Of a stretch of 64,000 bases of DNA, positions 48,615 to 57,364 are shown in pieces. A program made the position numbers and the translations under genes. The DNA is from an uncultured Candidatus Saccharibacteria bacterium (GTDB lineage: Bacteria; Patescibacteriota; Saccharimonadia; Saccharimonadales; CAYVSP01), in the NCBI GenBank assembly GCA_964453655.1, contig CAYVSP010000001.1:645-64644 (forward strand). Direction: 5' to 3'. Below the pieces are notes generated by a model. The model was not told the DNA's origin and did not search any database. It saw only the letters and a list, made by a program, of their open reading frames with translations. Positions within the stretch are counted from its first letter, which is position 1; every line of letters begins with the position of its first letter.

Positions 48615-49226
48615 TTATACAAAAGAGCCGGTTTTAACTTTACCAGCTCTTTTATAGTTGGCGAAGATAACACCACTTGGCGTAACATTAGAATACGTCA
48701 TTTCCCAAGTGTGAGGGACGGCATTGTCATCAAATAGGCGCTTGCCCTTACCCAATACAACAGGGAACGTCTTTAGCCATAGTTCATCTACCAGATCGTT
48801 TTGCAGCAACGTTTGGGCAAGCTTACTGCTTCCATGCACCTGCAATATCGGGCCGGTCTGCGCTTTCAGTTCCTTTAGCTTGGTAGCTACATCCCCGTTA
48901 ATAAGCTCGCTATTATCCCAAATAAGTTTCGGCGAGCCATGTGACACCACATACTTCTTGGCCTTGTTGAAGGGGCCGGCAACCGGATTAGCTTTTGGGT
49001 CCTGCTGCGGCCAATACGGAGCAAAGATGTCATAGGTCTTGCGCCCCAGCAGGAGGTCAAAAGACCCGCTTATCTGCTTGCCCATTTCCTGCCCTGCGGC
49101 TTCGTCAAAATAGGGGAAGGTCCAGCCGCCATACTTAAAGCCCTCGGCTCTATCCTCATCTGAGCCACCTGGTGCTTGCATAACTCCGTCAAGTGAAACA
49201 AAAGTTAAAACAACTATCTTTCTCAT
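48615..49226 (-). CDS. Dihydrofolate-reductase-like (RibD C-terminal domain family) protein.
   Basis: MRKIVVLTFVSLDGVMQAPGG...LLGRKTYDIF is typical of the RibD_C/YwjB family. Confidence 0.7.
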   Translation of the reverse strand: MRKIVVLTFVSLDGVMQAPGGSDEDRAEGFKYGGWTFPYFDEAAGQEMGKQISGSFDLLLGRKTYDIFAPYWPQQDPKANPVAGPFNKAKKYVVSHGSPKLIWDNSELINGDVATKLKELKAQTGPILQVHGSSKLAQTLLQNDLVDELWLKTFPVVLGKGKRLFDDNAVPHTWEMTYSNVTPSGVIFANYKRAGKVKTGSFV

Positions 49227-49453
49227 TCTTTGCTTTCCTCCCGCTCAAGAGCTTTTTCGGCTGCCTGATCGGCTACCCGGTCGGCGGCGGTTTGATTTTT
49301 GTCTTTAATTAGATAGACGGCTATTAAAGTAATCCAGAATAACGGTAGACTGATCAAGAAGAATAAAATAAAACTATAGCCTTTGCGATGCGCCACCATG
49401 GCTGGCCAAAAAGCCAGAATTATCCAAAGAATTAGTCCTAATAAATACCACAT
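49223..49453 (-). CDS. Small 2-TM membrane protein.
   Basis: 76-aa hydrophobic ORF overlapping the downstream gene start by 4 nt. Confidence 0.35.
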   Translation of the reverse strand: MWYLLGLILWIILAFWPAMVAHRKGYSFILFFLISLPLFWITLIAVYLIKDKNQTAADRVADQAAEKALEREESKE

Positions 49454-49587
49454 ACTTCCCCCTTACTTTTCTAATGCAATTGTACACTAAAACTCGTTAT
49501 GCTAAGAGTTACGAGCCATATTGACCGACAAATGCTTTATACCGCGCAATGTTTTCAAGCGTGTGTGGAAGGATGCTATCACTATCA

Positions 49588-50151
49588 TTACAAGACTTTG
49601 GTAACCTTATCTCTGAGGCTCTCAAACTCTGTATATCCTGCCCGTTGATTAAAGTGTCCTGCATTTGGAACAAAGCTTAGTTTTACTCCAAGCTGTTTAG
49701 CAAGTTCTTCTCCGTTACCCAAACTAACATACGGATCATCATCAGATTGAAACACAACAAAGTGTGCAGCGTTTTTCTTGATTGTTTCCCAGTCAAAGTC
49801 AAAGCCGCTAAAAGCAACATCACGATCATAGTTTAAAATTGGCCTGACCCCAACGGGCGCACCAACAAAGAACGTAGCCTTTATTGGTTGTTTAAGCTTT
49901 TCTAATACTCTAAGTGTAAATACCCCGCCCAAACTATGCCCGATGATAATAGTATCTCCATCCAAGCTATCCATGTACTGATGGAAAACCTCAAACCACT
50001 CTGAAACTTTTGCCGCTAATACAGGAGGGGATGGAAATTGCGGGACAGTAACTACGCAACCCTTTGCTTCTAATTCCTTTTTCATCCAAGGGAACCAGTT
50101 CTCTTGCGGATGACCTTCGGTTCCGTGGAAGATAAACACCTTAGCTTTCAT
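49588..50151 (-). CDS. Alpha/beta hydrolase (serine hydrolase, YdeN/RBBP9-like).
   Basis: GHSLGG nucleophile elbow, VFIFHG N-terminus, about 187 aa. Start set at MKAKV. Confidence 0.6.
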   Translation of the reverse strand: MKAKVFIFHGTEGHPQENWFPWMKKELEAKGCVVTVPQFPSPPVLAAKVSEWFEVFHQYMDSLDGDTIIIGHSLGGVFTLRVLEKLKQPIKATFFVGAPVGVRPILNYDRDVAFSGFDFDWETIKKNAAHFVVFQSDDDPYVSLGNGEELAKQLGVKLSFVPNAGHFNQRAGYTEFESLRDKVTKVL

Positions 50152-50351
50152 AAATACATAATAACAAAAACACCGCTTTGGGTGTAAACGACACATTTGG
50201 TATAACAGATATGGTGCACTACGTGGGTAAAAACTTACACCTTATTAGGGATGAGATTACTCGTTGGAGGAGTATTTTAGAAGTGCCATAGCAGGAATGG
50301 TTGCTACTTAAGTAAGAGACGGGAGTTACACTACGGCGTCCAACCTAATAA

Positions 50352-51047
50352 TTAGCGTCTTATACTAAGAGCTTTCCAAACAGGCACACAAGCCACAGAC
50401 AATTGTTCAACGTAGTGTGCATAAGCATGGTCATCCTGATCGGGTTGTCGCAATGTATCATTTGTAAGTGATGATCGAATAATTATCCCTTGTTTTACCT
50501 CAAAGGCTTTTACCCGATTTAGCAACTCTTCACCTGTTACACCTTCACTCTGTAAATGCCGACCATATCTAAAACCCATCTCTGCCGCAACTGCTCCCCA
50601 AGCATTATCATCGCAAACCTTAAAGTTTTCTATCAAGCTTTCGTCTAAACTTGCCCAGTCTTCTCTCTGTTCATCAGTGAAGCCACCTTCTGGTGTGCAT
50701 TTTGATGGATCAAAAGGTACAAAAGAAGGGGTAGTGTCTAATAAGGCGGTCACTTCTGCCGAGTGTGTAGTTAGGCGGTCTCGATCATAAAGGTCAAGAG
50801 CTGCAAGATCTGCACGAAAGAGTAGACGTGCCTCTGCATATTCTGATCTATCGTAAATCCTTGTAGCTGCCGCCATGGCTGCAATGCCTGCTTTGTATGC
50901 TCCTATTGCTACATCCGCTACTGAAGTATGAACTTCTGTTACTAAGTCAGTATTAGAGGCTATGTAAGCCCCTGTCTGTTGATCTATGACTCCTCGAAGC
51001 ACAGGAGTAGCATCTACTAATCCACCTTCTACTTCAGCCCATTGCAT
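50352..51047 (-). CDS. Hypothetical protein, third gene of a three-gene hypothetical cluster.
   Basis: 231-aa ORF. An AAGGAGG ribosome-binding site lies 7 nt upstream of the ATG. The promoter shares a motif with the neighbouring gene. Confidence 0.45.
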   Translation of the reverse strand: MQWAEVEGGLVDATPVLRGVIDQQTGAYIASNTDLVTEVHTSVADVAIGAYKAGIAAMAAATRIYDRSEYAEARLLFRADLAALDLYDRDRLTTHSAEVTALLDTTPSFVPFDPSKCTPEGGFTDEQREDWASLDESLIENFKVCDDNAWGAVAAEMGFRYGRHLQSEGVTGEELLNRVKAFEVKQGIIIRSSLTNDTLRQPDQDDHAYAHYVEQLSVACVPVWKALSIRR

Positions 51048-51070
51048 AGTCACGCCTCCTTAGGTAAGGA

Positions 51071-51099
51071 AATTATCTCACTAGGATTTTCAATTCACA
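51071..51099 (-). promoter_or_regulatory. Putative promoter (TTGTGA, 17 nt, GATAAT), preceded by the shared motif TTTTATTTTGCTCATGCTTG.
   Basis: Read on the minus strand: TTGTGAATTGAAAATCCTAGTGAGATAAT. The 20-nt upstream motif also occurs at 51950-51969. Confidence 0.35.
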
Positions 51100-51131
51100 A
51101 GCATGAGCAAAATAAAACAATGGGTGTTTTG

Positions 51132-51896
51132 CTATTCGTGTCTATTGATTATCCGTATATCTACAGTGCCTTCTGGGGTAAATGTTTTTGCAGCAACTGC
51201 AACTCGGTTATCTCTGTCCAGGTTCTCCCAAAGCATTCCTGCCATCTCTTCTGCTGAGCCTACAACTGGTACTCTAAATGGCAGCTCACCAAAAGAAGGC
51301 AGCGGGTCGCCGTTACCTTTATAGGTGTGCACTGCGAAGCCCATTTCTTCAACATCCAATGGATCAAAGTCTAGTTCAGGAGACTGGTCAGTGTACAGCT
51401 TGCGGTATGGACGAAAGCCGTAACGCCCATCGTGTCCTCTACTAATGACAGATATACCAAAGTATGGTTGACCTTCGTCTGGGTCAAAATGATGAAATCC
51501 ACTTATGCGAGGTGTGTAGTTAGGCTCATCAGGTTCGTATGTTGTTGCATACATTGCGTCGGCAAAAGTTTTACCAGCTCGTATATATCTAATAATTCTG
51601 TCCGTTTGGTTGCCGTTAGTCACTACATGAACATCACCAACTCTTCTCATGGCATCGTAAATGGTAAGCTCCGGGTCGCCAACAGGTAGCGAAGGATCAG
51701 CCACTTCTGTGCTTACAACATTATCTTCAATCACTAATCTTCTATTACGAGAGCCTTCGCTACGACCTTCTACAGCATATGCCTGGACCGCCATAACACC
51801 TGAAAAGCCTACCACTAGAAGCCGCCCTGGATATGGATTTTCGGCTAGCACAGCAAGATTTTGCTCTGGGCTGTTCATTGGACTATAGATTGGCAT
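51132..51896 (-). CDS. PurO-like protein (archaeal-type IMP cyclohydrolase family homolog).
   Basis: GRLLVVG...AYAVEGRSEGSRNR...DPELTIYDAMRRVGDVHVVTNGNQTDRI...YTPRISG parallels the conserved PurO blocks GRxLVxG, YRVSSRSFPNR, VTNGSHTD and YNTPRI. Confidence 0.45.
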   Translation of the reverse strand: MPIYSPMNSPEQNLAVLAENPYPGRLLVVGFSGVMAVQAYAVEGRSEGSRNRRLVIEDNVVSTEVADPSLPVGDPELTIYDAMRRVGDVHVVTNGNQTDRIIRYIRAGKTFADAMYATTYEPDEPNYTPRISGFHHFDPDEGQPYFGISVISRGHDGRYGFRPYRKLYTDQSPELDFDPLDVEEMGFAVHTYKGNGDPLPSFGELPFRVPVVGSAEEMAGMLWENLDRDNRVAVAAKTFTPEGTVDIRIINRHE

Positions 51897-51922
51897 TATT
51901 GTTCCCCTCGGTTAATAGAATT

Positions 51923-51951
51923 ATTGTGCTTGCTCCAAGTGCTATATGCAA
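51923..51951 (-). promoter_or_regulatory. Putative promoter (TTGCAT, 17 nt, CACAAT), preceded by the shared motif TTTTATTTTGCTCATGCTTG.
   Basis: Same geometry and upstream motif as at 51071-51118. Confidence 0.3.
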
Positions 51952-52000
51952 GCATGAGCAAAATAAAAAAGAAGCTATCAGCTACCAAGATTAAAAATAG

Positions 52001-52297
52001 TTAAGTCGCCTTGGGAGGAGCGTATACTGCTGCATAATCAAACACGACTCTTAGCTCACGCAATTCAGGGTCGGAGTCATATGTACTCATAACATCCCCA
52101 ATAACTTCCAAGCCTTCAGTTCCCGCACTCTCAGCGATAGTTCGCTCTTGTTCCTCGTATGAAATACCAGATATTCTCGGAGGAACTATATTGCCTGCAA
52201 AAGTATATCCTTGAGCTATTAAACTCTTCTCTATTACCATTCTATCGCTTAAGAAGTCCTGCCGTGAAACAGCTAGTTCTGGATTTATATCACTCAT
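52001..52297 (-). CDS. Hypothetical small acidic protein.
   Basis: 98-aa ORF upstream of the PurO-like gene. Confidence 0.35.
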   Translation of the reverse strand: MSDINPELAVSRQDFLSDRMVIEKSLIAQGYTFAGNIVPPRISGISYEEQERTIAESAGTEGLEVIGDVMSTYDSDPELRELRVVFDYAAVYAPPKAT

Positions 52298-52338
52298 AAT
52301 TTGTAATAGTTTACAATATAATCAGACATAATTCAATT

Positions 52339-52415
52339 TGGTGCGGATTGCGGGACTCTAACCCGCGGCCTCGTCCTTGGCAAGGACGCGCTCTAAACAA
52401 CTGAGCTAAATCCGC
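52339..52415 (-). tRNA. tRNA-Gly (anticodon GCC).
   Basis: GCGGATT acceptor, anticodon loop TTGCCAA, T-loop TTAGAGT, encoded CCA. Confidence 0.8.
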
Positions 52416-52416
52416 A

Positions 52417-52492
52417 TGGTGGCGCCTCTCGGGCTCGAACCGAGGACACAAGGCTCTTCAAGCCTCTGCTCTACCAACTGAGCTAAAGCGCC
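52417..52492 (-). tRNA. tRNA-Phe (anticodon GAA).
   Basis: GGCGCTT acceptor, anticodon loop TTGAAGA, T-loop TTCGAGC, encoded CCA. It is separated by 1 nt from tRNA-Gly. Confidence 0.85.
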
Positions 52493-52504
52493 ATTTTAAA
52501 GTAC

Positions 52505-52581
52505 TGGTGGGCGATGAAGGACTCGAACCTACGACCCCCTCGGTGTAAACGAGGTGCTCTAGCCAACTGAGCTAATCGCCC
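52505..52581 (-). tRNA. tRNA-Val (anticodon TAC).
   Basis: GGGCGAT acceptor, anticodon loop TTTACAC, T-loop TTCGAGT, encoded CCA. Confidence 0.85.
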
Positions 52582-52613
52582 TGATATGGTGAGAATGGAC
52601 AGCGCTCATTTTA

Positions 52614-52725
52614 CCGTTTTGCGAGAGGATTCGCAAAACGGGGGAGGAAGAACAACACAAGGCCCTGCTAAAATTTGGTCACTTAGTTGCCAAATTTTCC
52701 AGCAGGGCTGATGTTAGGTCTGACG
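52614..52725 (-). repeat. Two-hairpin intergenic element, copy 4. It sits directly 3' of tRNA-Leu(GAG) and 5' of tRNA-Val.
   Basis: CCGTTTTGCGA-GAGGATT-CGCAAAACGG, then GGGAGGAAGAACAACACAAG, then GCCCTGCTAAAATTTGG...GCCAAATTTTCCAGCAGGGC, then GTTAGGTCTGACG. Confidence 0.65.
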
Positions 52726-52810
52726 TGGTGCGGACGAGAGGACTTGAACCTCCACGCCTTGCGGCACAGCCACCTCAAGGCTGCGCGTCTACCAATTCCG
52801 CCACGTCCGC
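52726..52810 (-). tRNA. tRNA-Leu (anticodon GAG).
   Basis: Anticodon loop TTGAGGT, long variable arm, T-loop TTCAAGT, encoded CCA. Confidence 0.85.
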
Positions 52811-52848
52811 GCGTCGCGGGGTTATCTTAAGTGTTTTAGACCGAAAAC

Positions 52849-53127
52849 TCAAGGCTTCTGATGGTTTTCGTGTTGATCACGATAACGCTCAGCAAACGAA
52901 GTAATTCCCTTAAAGGCAACAGTTGCCCATATAAGGTTTAGCGTCACGCTTATATAAGCGTGTAAATGCCATTGATAAATTATAAGCAGTACTGCGCCCA
53001 CAAGATTGTCCAGTTCATACCAAAACGATTTATTTACCCACTTGCCAATGCTGATGCGATAAAAACCAAACAAAAGACAGCTAGCACCAATGGCACCAGC
53101 AATGTTGAAAAAAAGATTCTCGTTCAT
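52849..53127 (-). CDS. Small 3-TM membrane protein, translationally coupled to the upstream FAD-linked oxidase. Paralog of 17226..17477.
   Basis: Start set at MNENLFFNIAGAIG, 1 nt after the oxidase stop codon. It shares the YISVTLNLIW segment with the first copy. Confidence 0.4.
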   Translation of the reverse strand: MNENLFFNIAGAIGASCLLFGFYRISIGKWVNKSFWYELDNLVGAVLLIIYQWHLHAYISVTLNLIWATVAFKGITSFAERYRDQHENHQKP

Positions 53128-53128
53128 T

Positions 53129-54769
53129 CTAACTTCGTGGCAAGTGATCGTACCACTGCCCCATTGAAAATTCATGCCTAAGCAGTGGTTTAATATCTTC
53201 TGTTTTAACGTCAATTTTGACGCCAGGGTTCAGGGTGTTATAAGGGTCAAAAATATGTTTTACTTTACGGAATAATTCATAAATTTTTTCTCCATAAAGA
53301 GCCGATAAGTAGGGTGCCCGTATGCGGCCATCATTATGCTCACCGCTAGTACTACCGCCTAAGCTAATAATAAATTTGTAGTAGTCATCAATTAGCCGGA
53401 ATACCTTTTGGCGATCACCGACCTGGCTCAAGTCAAGATACGGTTGCAAATGCAAGTTTGCATTGCCGGCATGGCCCCACACGGCTGGTCGTAAATGATG
53501 TTTTGCCAGAAGCGCATAAATACCACTGATATACTCTCGAAAGTGATCTACCGGCACAGTACCATCCTCAATGAGCGGCAGAGCCTTAGCGTTACCTTCG
53601 GAGTGCGATAGTAGTGTTGAAATGGCCTGTCTAACCTTCCAGAGCTGCTCTTTGGCCTGTTCCTCACTTTCAACACTATAATTTACGCTGTACTGTTGCA
53701 ACATTTTGGTTACCTTTTTAGCTAGCCGCTTCTGGTTACGAATGTTAGCGTCATCAAACTCAATCAGCATGAACAATTTAGGATAAGGCTTGTTAATAAT
53801 ACCCTTGATAAAGTTAGGGTTGTGCTGCTCAATAAATTGCAGCACGTGCTCGTCAACCACCTCTATAGCACTTGGTATATCCGGCAAACTTCGTATTTCA
53901 GTTAGTAATTCTTCAGCCACCTGTATGTCATCAAAGAAGGCGGCAATTAATGTGGTGTTAGGGCTATATGGCTCTGTGGTTAGTGTAGCTTCCGTTACGA
54001 TGCCAAGGGTGCCTTGAGAACCTACAAATAGAGGAGTTAGATCAAACGAGCCGTCTTTGCGCCGTATATTCCAAACATCATAGCCTGTAGCATTCTTGGT
54101 CACGCTGCCTAACATCGAACTTTTTAAGGCTGCTTCATTTTCTTCTAGTAATTTATCAAGCGTCCGATATATTTCGCCCTCAAAACTGGACAAGCCAAGT
54201 TTCTTACTGAGATCGCGTTTGCTCAACCGAGAAGTTTCAATAACCTCTCCGTTAGCAAGTACCACACGCAAACTTTTAACATAATCACGCGTGCAACCAT
54301 ACTTTATAGTCTTTTCACCGGCTCCGTTGTTAGCGATAGCCCCGCCAATGGTGCTGTACTCGAGGGAAGCTGGAAAAGGCGGCAAAAAACGACCGTGGGT
54401 ATGCAGTGTTTGTTGTAATTTACCATAAGTTATGCCCGGTTCTACCGTAACCATGCCCGATTTGCTGTCAAATTCCAGGATTCGATTCAGGTGGGCTGGA
54501 AAAACCATCAATATACCCTCGCCGATGGCTGCTCCACTTTGATCTGTTCCGAGACCTCGCGCCGTAATAGGAACAACGCGGCCTCGCTCGGCTAATTGCC
54601 AGGCAAATCGAGCTGTTTTACGAACATCATTTTCATTACGAGGATAGGCGACAACAGAAGGAGTAAGCGTTAGTATACTGCCGTCGGTAGAAAAATGTTT
54701 GCGCGCTTCTGGACTAGTAAGGACTTCGCCAAGTAGATGTTCTTGAAGGTAGTGTGCGACTTTACTCAT
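53129..54769 (-). CDS. FAD-binding PCMH-type oxidoreductase (GlcD/D-lactate dehydrogenase-like), paralog of 17484..19133.
   Basis: ARGLGTDQSGAA...GGAIANNGAGE FAD domain and ...GHAGNANLH...GSTSGEHNDG C-terminal domain. About 35% identity to the first copy along its full length. Confidence 0.8.
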   Translation of the reverse strand: MSKVAHYLQEHLLGEVLTSPEARKHFSTDGSILTLTPSVVAYPRNENDVRKTARFAWQLAERGRVVPITARGLGTDQSGAAIGEGILMVFPAHLNRILEFDSKSGMVTVEPGITYGKLQQTLHTHGRFLPPFPASLEYSTIGGAIANNGAGEKTIKYGCTRDYVKSLRVVLANGEVIETSRLSKRDLSKKLGLSSFEGEIYRTLDKLLEENEAALKSSMLGSVTKNATGYDVWNIRRKDGSFDLTPLFVGSQGTLGIVTEATLTTEPYSPNTTLIAAFFDDIQVAEELLTEIRSLPDIPSAIEVVDEHVLQFIEQHNPNFIKGIINKPYPKLFMLIEFDDANIRNQKRLAKKVTKMLQQYSVNYSVESEEQAKEQLWKVRQAISTLLSHSEGNAKALPLIEDGTVPVDHFREYISGIYALLAKHHLRPAVWGHAGNANLHLQPYLDLSQVGDRQKVFRLIDDYYKFIISLGGSTSGEHNDGRIRAPYLSALYGEKIYELFRKVKHIFDPYNTLNPGVKIDVKTEDIKPLLRHEFSMGQWYDHLPRS

Positions 54770-54840
54770 TAATCGATAAATCCCACAGTTATAAGAGTTA
54801 ATAATACTTAGCTAATATAGCATACCGATGTATGTAAGTC

Positions 54841-54927
54841 TGGTGCGCGAGAGAGGACTTGAACCTCCATGAACCGAAGTCCACTAGCTCCTGAAGCTAG
54901 CGCGTCTACCAATTCCGCCACTCGCGC
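54841..54927 (-). tRNA. tRNA-Leu (anticodon CAG).
   Basis: Anticodon loop TTCAGGA, long variable arm, T-loop TTCAAGT, encoded CCA. Confidence 0.85.
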
Positions 54928-54965
54928 ACAACAGAGGTTATTTTAGTATACATGTACCGACGAAG

Positions 54966-56747
54966 CTATTGGTAGACTTTAGTCTGTTTAATCATCCAGT
55001 TCTGAATATTAGCGTAGCGGTCGACATCGGCATTCATAGTGGTGGGTTCAAAACCAAAGATTTTGCCATGAGTTAGATATAAAAAGCGGGGTTGATAAAG
55101 CGCTAACCCAGGTGCATCATCCCGCCAAGCTTGCAAAAAGGGTTTATATTTAACGCTTCGCAGGGATGCATCAGACCGAGAGCGACCAGCTTCAAGGCTT
55201 TTATCAGCTACGTTAGAGCGATATTCTGAGAAGTTTAGCCGGTTATTGGCACGCAAATCGGCTTGCGAGCTATGCCAATAGGCAAATTCGTCTGGATCGA
55301 TTCCGAGCGCAACACCATACAACAAGGCATCATAGTTATGAAAGGCAAGGACACTTTGCATATCACTGCTGTCCTGCAAGTAAACCTGTATATCAACGCC
55401 GACCGCACGCCATTGCTTCTGCAGAACTTGCGTAACATAAGTATATTCACTGGTATTCTGCGAATATAGCCGAAAGGTTAAAGGCTTGCCGGCTTTGGTA
55501 CGAATGCCGCCATTATCTTGATGCCAGCCGGCATCATCTAATAGTTTACTAGCCTCACTTATGTTTTGAGCAGGTTGTGCAAGCGATTTATCAAACCCGA
55601 CTTGGCTCGACAATAAAGGACCGCGCACTGTAATAACCGGATAGCCTAAGCCGTTAATAACGTCAGCTGTATTGGCGGCCAATACTAGTGCTCTACGTAC
55701 TTTGACGTCTTGCAAGACTTCTTGTGAGGTTTTAAAGAAAACAAACACTGCACTGGTCAATGGCACATCATACTCAACCACGTTTTTATTAGTCTTTAAT
55801 GCTTCGGGTACGGCATTTATACCAGCCATGGCAGTAAGTTCATCATCCTGAAAACTCTTGACCAGTCGTTTTTCATCATGGAATGCCCGGATAATAAAGT
55901 TGCTTAATTTTGGTGCCCCGTCATGATATTGAACAAAGGGCACAAGACCGATGCGTTCCTCCCTGGTCTCAGGCGTTGTACCGACTACTTCTATATTCTG
56001 CCACTGGAAAGGACCGGCACCTATCGGGTGCGCATTATTAAACGGTACTGAACGCAATTGAGTCATCGGCCGGCCGTCAAGTACATGCTGAGGCACGATA
56101 CCGGTGGTCAGACTATAGATGAATGAGCCTAGCGCCGTAGGCAGCGTAAAGCTAATGGTTTGCGGATCTAACGCTTTTATAGTGATATTTTGCCAACTGT
56201 CATGCAGTGGTGATTGAGCGTCTGGATTCTGGATTACTTGGTAGGTGAAGGCTACATCTGCACTGGTGAGGGGACGACCGTCTTGCCACAACAAATTGGG
56301 CCTTAAATGTACCGTGTAGACTATGCCGCGATTATCAACATCATACCTGTCAGCCAAATCTCCAACTAGACGGTTATGGCTGTCCGTCTTGAACAATCCG
56401 GCAAAAACCAGATGCGAAACGGCTACGTCAACTGTGCTTGAAGCATACAGTGGATTAGCATTTGTAAAACTACCTAATATTCCTTCTGTATAGATACCGC
56501 CTGGCGTCGGTTGTGATTTTTGATAATAATGGCTGAGGTTTCTTATTTGTAAAACCAACCCGCCAATCAGCAATACGACCAGCAGTAACCACGCAATGAT
56601 AAAACGACGCACATCCCATAACTGATTCAATCTTTTAAAAAAATGCCGCTCCAAGTGCTCTTCGGCATGCTGCCCCATACCTTGCACCTGCTGACGACTG
56701 TGGCGATAACGTCGGCGCCACTTTAACTTAATCTTTCTATCTATCAC
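54966..56747 (-). CDS. ABC transporter substrate-binding protein, family 5 (oligopeptide/nickel type), with an N-terminal membrane anchor.
   Basis: N-terminal TM, then SBP_bac_5-like blocks (GGIYTEGILGSFTNANPLYASS..., LLWQDGRPLTSADVAFTY). Confidence 0.7.
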   Translation of the reverse strand: MIDRKIKLKWRRRYRHSRQQVQGMGQHAEEHLERHFFKRLNQLWDVRRFIIAWLLLVVLLIGGLVLQIRNLSHYYQKSQPTPGGIYTEGILGSFTNANPLYASSTVDVAVSHLVFAGLFKTDSHNRLVGDLADRYDVDNRGIVYTVHLRPNLLWQDGRPLTSADVAFTYQVIQNPDAQSPLHDSWQNITIKALDPQTISFTLPTALGSFIYSLTTGIVPQHVLDGRPMTQLRSVPFNNAHPIGAGPFQWQNIEVVGTTPETREERIGLVPFVQYHDGAPKLSNFIIRAFHDEKRLVKSFQDDELTAMAGINAVPEALKTNKNVVEYDVPLTSAVFVFFKTSQEVLQDVKVRRALVLAANTADVINGLGYPVITVRGPLLSSQVGFDKSLAQPAQNISEASKLLDDAGWHQDNGGIRTKAGKPLTFRLYSQNTSEYTYVTQVLQKQWRAVGVDIQVYLQDSSDMQSVLAFHNYDALLYGVALGIDPDEFAYWHSSQADLRANNRLNFSEYRSNVADKSLEAGRSRSDASLRSVKYKPFLQAWRDDAPGLALYQPRFLYLTHGKIFGFEPTTMNADVDRYANIQNWMIKQTKVYQ

Positions 56748-56786
56748 GTACGGCCCACCACCTTTTAACCTGTTGCATAAGGAATT

Positions 56787-56999
56787 TTAAGAAATAATCC
56801 CGAGTATTAAAGAAAGAGCAAAAATTACAACCAGAATAACGGTAATTTGATGTAGGGTTCTGTCAGAACCGCGCCGGATTGTATTGACTTCTCCACTGCC
56901 GCCAAGGCCAGCCCCAAGCGAAGCTCCTCGGGTCTGAATCAGGATCAAAATTGTCACCAAGATAACTGAGACAATTGTGACGTAATTAAGCCAGCTCAT
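56787..56999 (-). CDS. secG: Preprotein translocase subunit SecG.
   Basis: MSWLNYVTIVSVILVTILILIQTRGASLGAGLGGSGE is the SecG Gly-rich loop between two TM helices. Confidence 0.6.
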   Translation of the reverse strand: MSWLNYVTIVSVILVTILILIQTRGASLGAGLGGSGEVNTIRRGSDRTLHQITVILVVIFALSLILGIIS

Positions 57000-57358
57000 C
57001 GTTCCTCCAGAATAGTTGTCACTAAATAGTTTACTAAGCCGATGCATAGTCCGGCAAGCATTGCCGCACCGAAATTATTCACGTACAGCGACGGATACAG
57101 CTTACTGACTAGAAATACCATTAAACCATTAATCACAATCATAAACAAACCAAGGCTGAAGAGTATGGCCGGTAATGACAAAATAATAATAATTGGTTTA
57201 ATGATGCTGTTAATGACTGCCAATATAAGGCCGGCGACAATAACTACAACCAAACGGCTATCATACGTTACCCGGCCTTCCAGTAGACCGGCGGCTATCC
57301 AAAGACCTAAACTGCAGACAAACCAGCGGGCTAAAAAACGGCTACTCGGGCGATTCAT
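56996..57358 (-). CDS. DUF360/YvlD-family (phage-holin-4-like) 4-TM membrane protein.
   Basis: The LLEGRVTYDS...AVINSIIKPIIIILSLPAILFSLGLFMIVINGLM pattern and ~115-aa size are typical of the family. Confidence 0.5.
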   Translation of the reverse strand: MNRPSSRFLARWFVCSLGLWIAAGLLEGRVTYDSRLVVVIVAGLILAVINSIIKPIIIILSLPAILFSLGLFMIVINGLMVFLVSKLYPSLYVNNFGAAMLAGLCIGLVNYLVTTILEER

Positions 57359-57364
57359 ACTGGT

